From: Batkoa obscura
Taxonomy: Eukaryota
Reading direction: 5' to 3'
DNA length: 64,000 nucleotides
NCBI GenBank assembly: GCA_030770535.1
Contig: JASVEC010000029.1
Span: forward strand, 248,001 to 312,000
Shown here: positions 13,301-25,939 of the stretch, piece by piece
Layout of the letters: each line of letters starts with the position of its first letter
Numbering within the stretch: position 1 is the first letter of the stretch
Translations under genes and position numbers: made by a program
Notes under the pieces: generated by a model
The model's database searches: none
What the model was told of the DNA's origin: nothing
What the model saw: only the letters and a program-made list of their open reading frames with translations

Positions 13301-15113
13301 ATTTCGCACTCTTCAATTTGTCTCCTGCTATAGTTTGTTAACAATTAGTTTTTTAACAAAACATAAAGTTTCTAGCGAGCTTTGAATTTTAAAAAAAAAT
13401 TATGATATTTAGAACAAAGAAGTTATGCTTAAATTTAATGAGTAATACAAACCTGAAACGTTTTATTATTGATATAGATATTAGACGCTTTCTCTTGTTT
13501 ATTGATTCAATAAATAAAATATTTGGGGCCTCGTGCCTTTCAAGATTTTAAAAGAAATTAAATATTTAAATTAGCAGACTTGAGGGGTAAATTTATCAAT
13601 GGGGGAACTCTATTAAAGCCGGATTTGCCTCAAGTAGATTTTTACTTCTAAAAGAGCCATAAAAGGAAAATAAATATATTTTGCTTTTAGTCTCAGGGTG
13701 CTACTTGTTGATGTATGAAGCAAATAGATTAAAGGCGAGGGAGGAGGAAGCAGTATGATTAAACTGGAAAATTCTAAAGCTTTTGTGAGTGGTCAAAATA
13801 CTGGTTAAAAAAATTAGAGCATTCTAAGACAATGGTATATTGCTCAAGTCTCTAAAAACCTCTGATTAAATCAGTAAACAACTGAATAAAATCATGTGAA
13901 TGGGTTAGAAGTATTTTTTAGTAAAAAAAACTGGAGTTAAACGATAGAGGTACAAAAATAAAACAATTGGGGAGAAGGTGTTGCTATTTACATTTATATT
14001 TAAAATATCAAATTTTTAAAACTAAGATTATTTCATTTTACAATAAAGGAGATAAAAACGTTTAGCGCTAAAACACAAAGATATCACATGTAAGTAGCGT
14101 CAGACTTTTACTGTTGATATTTATTTTAATCTAAAACAAATCTGAATTCATATGAGTATAATGTGTTTGGGTTTACTATGATACTAATGCACGCCTTCAT
14201 TTGCTTTGCTTAACATTAAAAAGTAAAATAGAAAGCACGTTATACATAAACTGACTCAGAATAATAAATTATATATATTGTTAAAAACTATGCTATGTGT
14301 TGATATGGAGGTTGGATAGTAAAATAAAAGAATCGATCTTATATTAAAAAATTAAATTTGATACTTTAAAATTATAACATTTATTTAGCTAAAAATGGAA
14401 ATAACCTCATTAAATTAGTTAAGTCAATAATTTATAAATATAACCTTTTCCGTCTCCTCTTACTTTTGCTAATTATTACACAAATTTGTTTTATATTTAC
14501 ATACACATTTATATCTATACACTCCATTAAACTTTAAGCCTAGATCACTTAGTTAATTTTTACAATCTAAAGTTAATTCATATAACTAATGAAGCTTGAA
14601 TACATTATATAGCCGGGCCAATATGAGAATATTGTATTACAATATTAAAAGTATTGTTTACTCAATAATAAAGGTGGGTATTAACAAACAACAAATCAAA
14701 TGTCTACATTATGCTAAGCTATTAGCTCATTACGTATAATTTACTATTTTTGATTGAAGGGCTATGTTAATCAGTTTTCTATTTTAAGTTATATCTCCTC
14801 TATGTCATTGATATAATATCTAGATTTTAAACATCGCACTGGATCTATTTATGACAAATTATGCTTTTTTAACCCAGCTAATTCTTCCTAACATTTAAAG
14901 TAACTCCTAATTAGTATAATATATTATTTTGTATATTTTAAATATACAATTGGGCTAGCTTTTCATAAACTTGTCTTATTATAAACACTGGAACACAGCT
15001 ATGAAAAAGCAATATACGATCTATAACAAAATCTATTTAGTATTCGTGCTTTGAATGTCATAAATTTGCTAACATGTTTACCAAGTATTCTTATTATTTA
15101 ACATTTAACATTT

Positions 15114-15206
15114 GGGATGTCTTTTTTGTATGGGAAATTTATCAATATTTTTCCCCTCCAATAGCACTTAAAAAATGGAAAAAATGATGAAACTAAAAAA
15201 CACCCC
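15114..15206 (-). mobile_element. MITE family A
   Basis: GGGATGTC...AAAAAACACCCC flanked by ATTT/ATTT. Confidence 0.85.
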
Positions 15207-15538
15207 ATTTAAACTTTAGGATTTTTTGTCCTAATATTTGCAAATTATCTTAAAAGCTGCTAAAAGTTGAATTTAACCACTTGAGTACCGTAGATGATCT
15301 ACTCAATAAATTTTTGTAGAGTAAAATTAAATCATGAACATTGCTTGTCAAGTTAGCCTTGACTAGGCGCAAAGGCCATTCTTCAATAATTAAAAGATAG
15401 ATTAAAATCCTTATCCAATTTAAACGAATTTTTTCAAGATGTTTGATACTCAAAGGGTTGATTTTAATGATCTTATTCTGTAGTTAACTCCTATTATAAA
15501 TCACATAATTTAAATTTTATATATCATAGATTATATAT

Positions 15539-15632
15539 GTGGTGTTTTTTTTTATTTCATCCCTTTTTCCATTTTTCAAGAGCTATTTGAGTGGAATAAT
15601 AGTAAAATTTTTAAGCAAAAAGATACATCCCC
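15539..15632 (+). mobile_element. MITE family A
   Basis: GTGGTGTTTT...GATACATCCCC flanked by ATAT/ATAT. Confidence 0.85.
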
Positions 15633-16049
15633 ATATGATGTTCTATTACTTCATGAAATATTCATGAAATATTCATGAAAACTTATCTCATGTTTTACTT
15701 TTTTGATGACTTTATCCAAATATAGATGATTTGTAAAGTACTTTCTGAGTGTTTTATAAACCTTACTATACAATCAACCCTTGTTAAAACTACTACACGT
15801 AAATGTCATAAAAACTTTGTATATATAATTTCTAAGAAGAGCTAGTTTTCAAAAAATTCAGGCATAGGGCTGTTTCAGCTCTTTTGTAAACTTAATAGCG
15901 GTGATTTCCATGGTTAATTAATTTTACAAATGATTTCTTCAATTTTGTTCCTAAATTTATAAAACTTATCATAAATTTTACTCTTAAATCAACTATTAAA
16001 CAGTTAGAAAAATATTTGTAACTGCTGTAAGCTTTGACAAAAATAATAT

Positions 16050-16145
16050 GAGGATGTATTTTTATTAAGAATTTTGTTAACAATTTTTCCACCTAAATAG
16101 TACCTAAAAAATGGAGAAAATGATGAAACCAAAAAAAACACCCCC
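16050..16145 (-). mobile_element. MITE family A
   Basis: GAGGATGTATTTT...AAAACACCCCC flanked by ATAT/ATAT. Confidence 0.85.
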
Positions 16146-18064
16146 ATATGCTTTTTGTGTGAGGATCTAGATAAAGTTTATTCAAAGTTTATGCTTCATA
16201 AAAGGTAGACAAAGCACTAAAGTAAAAAAACATTCCAAACTATTAAAATGCCTACCTAATGTATAATCTAAACTCCCTTTCAAACTGTTTGATTAAAAAT
16301 AAACACTTTAGTTATAAAGGTCCTATTTAATATATATATTAATAAGGCTTAAAGCCGAAATGTTGGATAAAGACCGTAACACCACTAAATCTCACCTCAT
16401 TCGCTGTATCCTCCTTCTTAAAGTTAGCCTTAAACTTTAAATACTTCTAATTCCCCAAATGAAATTCTTAGGTAGATACTAATTTAATATATTTTTTAAA
16501 CTTACTCAATTTAGAATTGTTTGATTAAATTGGTTTATTAATTTAGTAGAAATATTAGAGGTTATTAGTAAGAGACAGTTTTACATTTGAAGTATATACT
16601 ACTCATTCATACTCGTTTTGTCTTAATCTTTATAATTAGTATATATATACTAGGCTTAATTTAAAGCATACCTTTATTTAAATTCAAATACAAATAACTT
16701 GAAGCTAATTTGACTATTAGGAAAAGTTGATAAATATTGATTTTTTGGTGTAACTTTCCTACTTCTCGCAGATTCAAATTTACATTTGGAGGCAATTTAC
16801 TCTTCAGAAAAAAATAAGGAGCATTGAATTCAATAGGTAAAGTTTGATGAATTTTTGTCATATGGAGAACACTACAGTACCCATCTATACCGTAAAATAG
16901 CCTTTTAATTTTAGCAGTTTATATTAGTTGAGCATTTTAATGTATACATAGTTGCATCCTTTGATTCTAATTAAAAGCTTTAATTTTAAAATGATAAAGT
17001 AGTGTTTGCTTTTGAAAAATAAGAATATGTTTGGTCAAAATACATCTCAATACATTGACTAAAAATATGTGTATTTAAGATTATACGATTCTTCTACTTT
17101 TCTATATACAATATTGTCTAGCTACAATGTATCATAAAAGTAATGACCCATAAATTTATTATTTAAGTGCGGGTATAATCTATCCTGAGTTTATAAAAAC
17201 AATAAACGGTTCATGTATTTTAATATTTAAATAAAAGAATGGAATAGTTTTCTATGGAAAGTTTAAAAACTTAATTAATTTATTATTAGCATTATGTCAT
17301 GAAAATAATAAAATTAGCACTAGCAACTGAGCTAAGAGCACATAATAATTAAAATATAATAAGAACAGCGGAAAGTAATTAAAGTAATAATTAACGGCAA
17401 GCTATATTTTACTTTTATGCTTAAGTGCAAGTACTTAAAATCCTAATTTAAAATATCGTTTATAAATATTTGTAATTCAAAAATAAATTTATATTAAGAC
17501 TGATTCTTTTTATTATATAATTATATATTTAATTAAAATCTATATTAGTTCTATTTTCCCAAAGTAAATTAAATTTTACCCTTCAAAATTAAACTGAAGT
17601 TAAATTAAGATTTATATTGAAAAGTACATTTTACAAAAATAAGGCATTAAACATTTTCGCACTAAAATAGTAGCTTAAAATTAAAATAGAAGCCAAAAAT
17701 TAACTGCTTCAAAGACAAATAGATTTTTAGTAAGTTTAATCCCTATAATTGGAATAATGCAAATTCACCAAGTGACTAATAACCAGATGATTTTGCACCA
17801 TAAAATTCTCATCCTTTCGAAAAAAATCCAAATTAAATTTCTAATCTCGCTGCAATCTGAGTACTTTAAGTCCTTTGGTCCATTAAACTTTCTAAAATAG
17901 TTAATAGATGGCAAAACATTAAACTAATCTTAAAATAACAATAACAATTAATAAATGATAAATATTACTTCATAAAAGCATTATTTTATAATCCGAATGA
18001 CCATCACAAAACATATAAATATGTGTAAAATTCGTTTCTGACTATCATTTTATTTTCAATCCAA

Positions 18065-18619
18065 ATGTCAAATTCAAATAATAGCTCTTTACCTAACGAA
18101 TACATAAGCTCCCCAAATGATTTGAATCATTTAGCAAAGAATACAAAATCATATATAAATGAATTTTACCCCGTTGAGCCAAAAAGAATATCAAATTATG
18201 AAAGGTTACCACCCATTTCACAATTGATTACAGATCCAGTTCCTATCCTTCCACCCTCTTCTGAGCTAATATCCGAAGTAGAAAAATGTGAGCGTAGCCA
18301 AGTCCCAAACTTTAATGGCTATAATCATTATTATGATCCATTTAATATGCAACCTATGATGTATAGTCATCCATACTTTAGAAATTCTATGCCAAAGCCA
18401 AAACAAATAACTAAGCGCTTAAGAAGGAAGTATGATGAGATAGTTAGATTATATAAATGTAATTACGGTACTTGTTCAAAATCGTATGGCACTCTAAACC
18501 ACTTAAACTGCCACATTCAGTTACAAAACCATGGTAAAAAAAGATCACCAAATGAATTTAGGTTTTTAATAAGGGAAGACAGCAAAGAAGATGAAAAAAT
18601 TGAACCAAGCTTCAATTAA
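18065..18619 (+). CDS. Con7-type C2H2 zinc-finger transcription factor, array copy 5
   Basis: 184-aa ORF with KRLRRKYDEIVRLYKCNYGTCSKSYGTLNHLNCHIQLQNHGKKRSPNEF. Confidence 0.9.
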   Translation: MSNSNNSSLPNEYISSPNDLNHLAKNTKSYINEFYPVEPKRISNYERLPPISQLITDPVPILPPSSELISEVEKCERSQVPNFNGYNHYYDPFNMQPMMYSHPYFRNSMPKPKQITKRLRRKYDEIVRLYKCNYGTCSKSYGTLNHLNCHIQLQNHGKKRSPNEFRFLIREDSKEDEKIEPSFN

Positions 18620-21073
18620 CACTCACATTTTAAATTTTAACTACTCAGCTCTTTTATAAATATCTTCTCCAATTTTATTGCATTTGCATTTTGAAATTAT
18701 TATACTAATAAAAGTTTTTCTCTTTTTACTAAAGCTGTAATTTTACTAAACAATATATTAGATAAATTATTTATTTACATATTTCCTTTTGTACAATTTC
18801 TAATTATACTGCATAGTGAATATAGTATTACGGATATCTGTGATAGAATGATACATTTATATTTTTATTCTATAATACACTATTGGCCTGATTGCAGCTT
18901 TAATTAATTAATTATAAACGATCTTTAATTTCCAATTTAAAACCAATATAATTAATCATTCAGAAAATATTAAATGTAATATCCTAATAAATAAAGAAAC
19001 GATTCCACATTTAAAGGGCGGAAGCAAAAGTGCTATTTTAAAAAACATAATTTTTGTATAATATAAATATTGAATAATACTATATTAAATCTTATCTCCA
19101 TTTTTTAAAGAGGTTTAGGGATTAATAAAAAGATAATCATCAGTCGAAACTGTTTAATAATAATGCACGTACCTTTGTATGTTATTCCATCAATTATTCC
19201 ATGAATTGTACAAGAATAGCTAAATAACTAAATAGCTAAATATTTTAAACAGTTATTTTATTGAAGATTATATTATGAGCAATAATAATTAGTCTATCGA
19301 ATATGAAGTCTATAATACTATTGTTACTATTTAAAAATAATATTAATTACAAAACCTATATTGAATTAAAGTATCAATATATATTTAAAAATGGGTTATA
19401 ATATATATTATTTGATGCGTTTAAACGAATATTACTCATAACCATCTCTACTCAATTCTTATAGCTAATTAACTTATTTTATGCTTTACCAAACATAAGC
19501 TAAATTAAGCAAGTTTAAAAATTAAAACTAAATTAGTCTATTTACTTTTTTAAGGTTAATTTTACACCATGTTTTTTTGACTTAGTGAACTATTCTTTTT
19601 GGAATATTCTCTATTCTTATTAAAAATGTTGTTTGTACCAAGTACTACCACCATATATTTAATATTAAGTGGAATTGTACTCAAAAGGCCTCGATAAGGT
19701 AGTTGAGCACTTTTTTTACCTATAAGTAATAGGCTATAACCACGAAATATAATCAATAGATGTTTGGTTTTTTTAATAATTATTTAGCACTCTAACTGTC
19801 TCTCAAACTTGCATTTATTACTTGATATTATTTCGGCTATTCTCTTTATCCCGGAATTTCAAACATTATTTTATAATAATATTAGGTGGAATAATTGAAC
19901 AAAAGGAATAAATCACAAGTTTTAATAGATATTATATCACAAACTATAGATTTATTTAAAGCTTCATTTTTGAAATACACATCAAAAGGAATTAGCTATG
20001 AAGAACTCAAGTATATTAATACTTCTTGTACTTTATATAGATGAGTTTAAAAACCACTTTAAAACTGGAATTATTTTTTCCAGTTTTGATTTAGGTTCAA
20101 GCTTGTAAATGTATTATAGTGAAAAAATACTAAAGGGATATGTTTTTATTCTTTCCATTTTCCAAGTAGCTTAGAATTTAAAAAAATGGGGATGTTTTTT
20201 ACCAGTTGTCCTTTTTTGCTATTTTTTAAATTTAGAATTAATTAACCAGTACACTGCTCAAGTTTGGATGTGTACTAGCTAACTGTTTATTTTAAAGTAA
20301 AAGCTAAATTGGCAAGCCCCAAATTGGGATTATTGAACAAATATTGGCTATAAAATTTGTCATTTTCCATCACACATTTGAGCTTAAACAGCTGCATTAG
20401 TTTATTGATTTCTAAATTTAAAAAATAGCAAGAGAGAGTAATAGGTAAAAAATACTCCAATATTAATTCCTTCAACGGAAAAACGTGCCTTTATTTTCTT
20501 AGTACAACCGCTACAGCTCTTTTGTGACTTGTTTAGCATCTTATTCAAGAAAAAAAAACACCAAAAATTTGCTTAAAATAATGATTTAGGCTTAAAGAAC
20601 GGTTATGTAAACAATCTAATTATAAATATTACCACTAAAAAGTCATAAAAGAGTTACAACAGTTTTATTTGTGCTCAATTTATCTTTTTACAATATGAAG
20701 TCGGAAAATAGTTAAACCTGAGTTTAAATTAACTCGACATAGATCCGAGTTACACAATATACAAGGGCAGATCAAAAAGTCTGTATAATAAAAGGGCTAT
20801 AGGTGTTTTTTAAATCTTGTAAAAGGGAATTAAAGATGGTGTGCGTAGGATTTTTGTACTATATATAATATACGCTAGAAATAAAAACACATATCGAGTT
20901 TTATATTTACTGGATACTCATCATTGAGATATATCCAAAACTTAGAGGGTGTGTTTTGGTGCTCATTATTTTCCAAGAGCTAAAAAGTTGTGAATAAAAT
21001 CTTATTACAATGGTCGTTTCCTTTGACTATACCTCGGAAATGAGCAATCTAATTAATTTGAACCTTGGTATAT

Positions 21074-21170
21074 GGGGATGTATTTATGACACCTAGGATA
21101 AAATCATGCAAAAAACTCCAGCCTAACATACTTTCAAATATTTCATTCACAAACTTTTTGGCCTCCCTTC
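21074..21170. mobile_element. Possible second MITE subfamily (family A left terminus, different interior)
   Basis: GGGGATGTATTT...CCTCCCTTC, 97 bp, flanked by ATAT/ATAT; interior does not match family A. Confidence 0.45.
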
Positions 21171-22847
21171 ATATAATTTCATACATATTATATTAGTTGA
21201 GTCCATAGAATTTACCTTACAAAATTAAAACAATTTTTATAGTTATAAAATTAAGGTTTTTTAGACTATAATTTTGTATGAGATTTCATTTAGTATACAC
21301 TATCTATATCCAAAAGACTAATATTTTTTTAAATCTTGAAAGATGAAGCCCTCAAGTATTTTGATTCAATAAAAGGCTACTATTTATAATTGAAATGGTG
21401 ATATAAAGAAGCTACATAGTTTTACATTGTTAAAATAAATTATTGTAGTTTTTTTAAATAGAGAATATTATACCTCATTTCAGAATCCTCAGCTTTTTAG
21501 CCAATAACTTTTTTGCATTTTTTAAATGTCTTAGGACGTAAGATTCTTACTACAGGATAACAACATCCAAAGAATTTTAAGCCTATGGCTTTATTTTATT
21601 AAATGTTCTTGTGAAATAAAATTTAATATAAAACTGATAAAACAGCACTCTATATATCTGTTTCTTAGATTATGTATTAGCTTTGATATAAAAAAAGTAG
21701 ACACTATAAAATAATAAAATTATACTAAAATTGGATCCAAACATAAATTTAAATAAATAAAATATTTATTTAACGGTTTAAATAGAAACGTAACAAAGAG
21801 AATTTGAAACAAAAACTAAAGCTTGACAGTACATAAAGGGTTAGGTTCAACATCATTGTATTTATTTTAGCTACATCATTTACATTAAAACTTACTGTTT
21901 AAATCGGTTAAGAGTTATTTTGAAAAAATACAAATTTCCTATTAAAAGTTGGCAGTATTTTTCGTCGATAAAAGTATATTGTTAATTTTGTTTTGATTAA
22001 GATTGATGGGTTGAGTTTAAAATAAAATTCAGACTTTGTACACTTTAAAGTAAAAAACCCAGAGTATAATTAACTATAATGATAATATAGTAGTTATTTA
22101 TTTTACACTAAGAGCCAGAAGTTTTATATAATCAAACTGTTTGATAATGACTAATACTAGTTCTGATATTCTATTTATTCATAAATGTTTTAAATCCTAC
22201 AAAATAGTTGTAGGATTAATACATTAAAGTAAATTGCCAACATGGTAATTAATAAAATTTACGCCATATATTTATTTATTTAGAAAATAAGTTTTAATAA
22301 AGTTAATAGAGATATGATAAATTAAAATCATTTGTTTATTTATTTATTTATTCAAACTATAGTTAGTCTTGTAAAATTCATTATTTAACCTAGTTTGATT
22401 TCTCCATACTTCTCTTAGTTAAATAAATATGGAATAAAATTTTCATTAACTATTTTTGAACTCATTTGACTCTTTACTCGAATTAACGTACACAAGAACT
22501 AGTACACCTTCAATTAATGCAGGTTAAAATTTACTGTAAGCTGCTTTTTATATTTATAGTAACTGGTTTATCAACTTATGATATTTAATTTTAATCTAAA
22601 AAAATGCCTAATTTTTTCCTTATTTTATTTTTAAAATCAGGCCTTGAGTTACCCCTATTTAAAAAAATCACCAACCAAAATTTAAACTTTCTTTAAACGT
22701 TGCATTGTAGTGTGAATTTAGTAGATATGTATTTTCATTTTTTGAAAAAAAAAGTATAAATACAATCACAAAATAATAAATATATTTTACAAAACTTTGT
22801 TGTAACTTCAATTTTTATTCTTTTACACTTATTATTAACATCATAAT

Positions 22848-23489
22848 ATGTATTCTCATAAATTAAATAACAGTATTGATCATTTGTTTAATAAGCATAA
22901 TCAACTAGAAAATATAAATTGTACACTTAACAAAAACATTCCAAGTACGATACATAATGACTCTCAATATGAAAAAACTAAGGTTAGCTTACCATCTCTT
23001 AGTGAAACGCTTCCTGAATATTTTGATAGATTTAATCATCAATTAAAAGGGTATTCTGCATCATCCACTCCAAACTCCGAAACTTTACCTTCTTTAAACA
23101 CTCTTCCAATATTCCATTCAAATTTGAGATGCAATCCTTACCATCATGCCAATCAAAGAGAAGTAGACTCATTTACAGCTTTAGATGAAAGAGATAAAAA
23201 GCCAAGGATAAGAAGAAGGTATGAAGAGGTCGAGCGTTTATATCACTGTGTTTATCCAGGATGTCATAAATCTTATGGCGCTCTTAATCATCTCAATTCG
23301 CATATAGTAACCAAAGGCCATGGGCCAAAAAGAACCCCACATGATTTTCAAGATTTACGTCGGATGTTAAAACTCAGAGAAGAAGGTCATTATTTTAATT
23401 TGACACCATTCCAAGAGCCTCCAAATAGGGTGATTTTTAACAACAATCAAATCTATCAAAGGTTACAAAATCCATCACATTACTTTTAA
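22848..23489 (+). CDS. Con7-type C2H2 zinc-finger transcription factor, array copy 6
   Basis: 213-aa ORF with KPRIRRRYEEVERLYHCVYPGCHKSYGALNHLNSHIVTKGHGPKRTPHDFQDLRR. Confidence 0.9.
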   Translation: MYSHKLNNSIDHLFNKHNQLENINCTLNKNIPSTIHNDSQYEKTKVSLPSLSETLPEYFDRFNHQLKGYSASSTPNSETLPSLNTLPIFHSNLRCNPYHHANQREVDSFTALDERDKKPRIRRRYEEVERLYHCVYPGCHKSYGALNHLNSHIVTKGHGPKRTPHDFQDLRRMLKLREEGHYFNLTPFQEPPNRVIFNNNQIYQRLQNPSHYF

Positions 23490-24903
23490 ATAGACTTTGC
23501 GATGTATCAAATTCAAAACGTTATATGCTTATAAAATCCCCTTTGGTCCTTTATGATTATAATTCTAATCACTATAATTCTATTAAAAATTAATTTTAAA
23601 CTAATAACTTGTTAACTTTTTTAAATAAAATTTATAACTATGGTTTACATTTATTTCCTCTAACTTAAAAAATCTTTAATACAAAGCCTTTTGTGATTAC
23701 ATTAAAGCTGTTTACATAGCTGAGTTATTTATGTATAAGTTAATTATAAAGATATATTTCATATATTAATCATACAGTTTTTATAAACGACTAGAATAGT
23801 TCGAGTGTTCAGTTTAAGGTCGTAAATTTTAATATCATTACATCTCTTTAGTTTATGTATCCTCAATTTATTAAGTTTATAAATATAACATCAAGTTGTG
23901 ATAACGTTAGTATCACATTACAATGCTAAGTTTATCAAAAAACAACCAATCATACACTTTTTTCTAATTATAGTTTTTTAGTGATGTAAATTTAAACTTA
24001 TTAAAATTTTATACTTTACTTTAATAAAGATATTACTCCTTTTTTCTCCCTATTTTTTATTTATTAACTTAAACTAGCACACTAAGTCTAAATTAAAACT
24101 TTAAAAGGGGTATACCCATCATGATATCAATAACAACCTATATTAAGTATTAGTATTAGTTGCTTTCGCCCATATGATGTTAATATTGAATCTTTTTCCT
24201 GTTCATTCTAGATCTCAATATGAATAAAGAGATTTAAATCGTTTTATTTCTGAAACTTTTATCCTAAAGCCATTACTGATAAGAAAAATAGCTATAGATA
24301 AAACTATAACATTTTTTATTTAAAAAATCGAAAATCGAAAAACTTGAAGCTCTATCAAGGCTAAGACAAAATAATAGCAAAGGGCAATAACTACCATTAG
24401 GAGTCAATATGTTTGATTTGATATAAATAAGGAGATGTCATAGTATTTAAGTTATTGGTACTACTTTAAAATAGCTATTTACGTGGTATTTTCTAAATTT
24501 AGAAGAAAGTTCCTACAAAAAAGGTTTTTTAAATTATTAGAGATATGTTTTTGAGAAAAGTTGTATAGTTTTACAGAGCCTATTTCTATAAAGGAATAAT
24601 TTTAATAACAGTGTGGAAATTGCATAAAAAGTTTAATTGTTTTTTAACGATCACTACTGTTGAGTTATTGTGTAATTTTCACCCATAAAAAAAGGGTGCT
24701 TTTGGTGCATTAATTTTTTAAATCTATGAGTGTTTACTTTCATGTTTTGATTTTTATCTTGATAAATTTATATTTAGCTAGGGTAAACTAACAAAACACA
24801 AAGCTATTTTATGATGCTATTTCTTTATTTTTGCTTATCTAACACTCAGTTATAATAGAGACTTTTTTATAAGTGAGTATGGTTTATATAGATAGGCCTA
24901 TAT

Positions 24904-25001
24904 GGGGATGTATTTTTGTGTTTAAGAATTTTACTAACAATCTTTTCACTCAAATAGCGCTTAAAAAATGGAAAAAGTAATGAAGCCAAAAAAACATCCC
25001 C
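24904..25001 (-). mobile_element. MITE family A
   Basis: GGGGATGTATTTTTG...AAAAAACATCCCC flanked by ATAT/ATAT. Confidence 0.9.
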
Positions 25002-25132
25002 ATATAAAACAGAAAATTCAAATCTTCAACTCTATTATTTGTAGATGGATTAAAATATTTCGAGAAAGACTCTTTTTTAGCATACCAATATAACTTAATA
25101 TAATGGATAACTGAAATATAGAGGACTCATAT

Positions 25133-25231
25133 TGGGATGTGTTTTTGTATTTAAGAACTTTACTAACAGTTTTTCCACTCAAATAGCGCTTAAAAGATAG
25201 AAAAAGTGATGAAGTCAAAAAAAACACCCTC
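25133..25231 (-). mobile_element. MITE family A
   Basis: TGGGATGTGTTTTTG...AAAACACCCTC flanked by ATAT/ATAT. Confidence 0.9.
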
Positions 25232-25840
25232 ATATTGTGCTTATAGTATTTCCATGAATAAAAGTAGGCCAAAATACTGCTTAATAGGAACCACATGTTA
25301 TTGTACAGGTACTAAACTATATAAAATAAACTACTAACTTAAATTCATCTAAGTAGAATTTGAGTGTAAACATAAATACGTATTAAAATTTAAGTGAAGG
25401 CTGGGATAAGAAACTTAAAAGAAACCAGATTGACAGTTTAATAATTTAATTCATAAAAGCTATCTAAATAATTTGTTGCATATATATTCAAAATGAGCAC
25501 AATTTCTTAATGCCAATTTATATTACAGTGTTTATAAGTGTAAAGTAAACTTGTCTCTTTTGCTAATTTTTATAGCTCATTATTTAAAATATAGACCCTT
25601 AATCCTGCAGCACTTTAAATTAAGATTTACATCATTAAGTTGTCCGAAGGTACGCTTCTGTTTGTGTAGCAAACTTTAGTAAGAATCATGGTATAAAGCA
25701 AGTTTATTAAATTAAGTTTATAAACTGAAACTTTGTTAAACTAAAACTAAAATTATTAGTATAGACAATAAAAAAACTAGCTTAATTCTTTACATTGAAA
25801 TATACGTCCAAGCTTTGCTTCAGATTTACAAACATTATAT

Positions 25841-25939
25841 GGGGGTGTTTTTTTTGGCTTCATCACTTTTTCCATCTTTTAAGCGCTATTTGAGTGGAAA
25901 AACTGTTAGTAAAGTTCTTAAATACAAAAATACATCCCA
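25841..25939 (+). mobile_element. MITE family A
   Basis: GGGGGTGTTTT...AAAATACATCCCA, flanks ATAT/ACAT; near-identical inverted partner of 25133-25231. Confidence 0.9.

Noticed and set aside
11340..13980. GC-richer, purine-rich patches (~11340-11700, ~13540-13980) as possible TE or gene relics
   Set aside because: No sustained reading frame or recognisable motif.
11263..15680. Small tandem repeats (21-bp duplication at ~11263-11311; TCATGAAATAT x~3 at ~15651-15680) considered as CRISPR-like or regulatory arrays
   Set aside because: Only two or three units with no spacers; consistent with slippage in AT-rich DNA.
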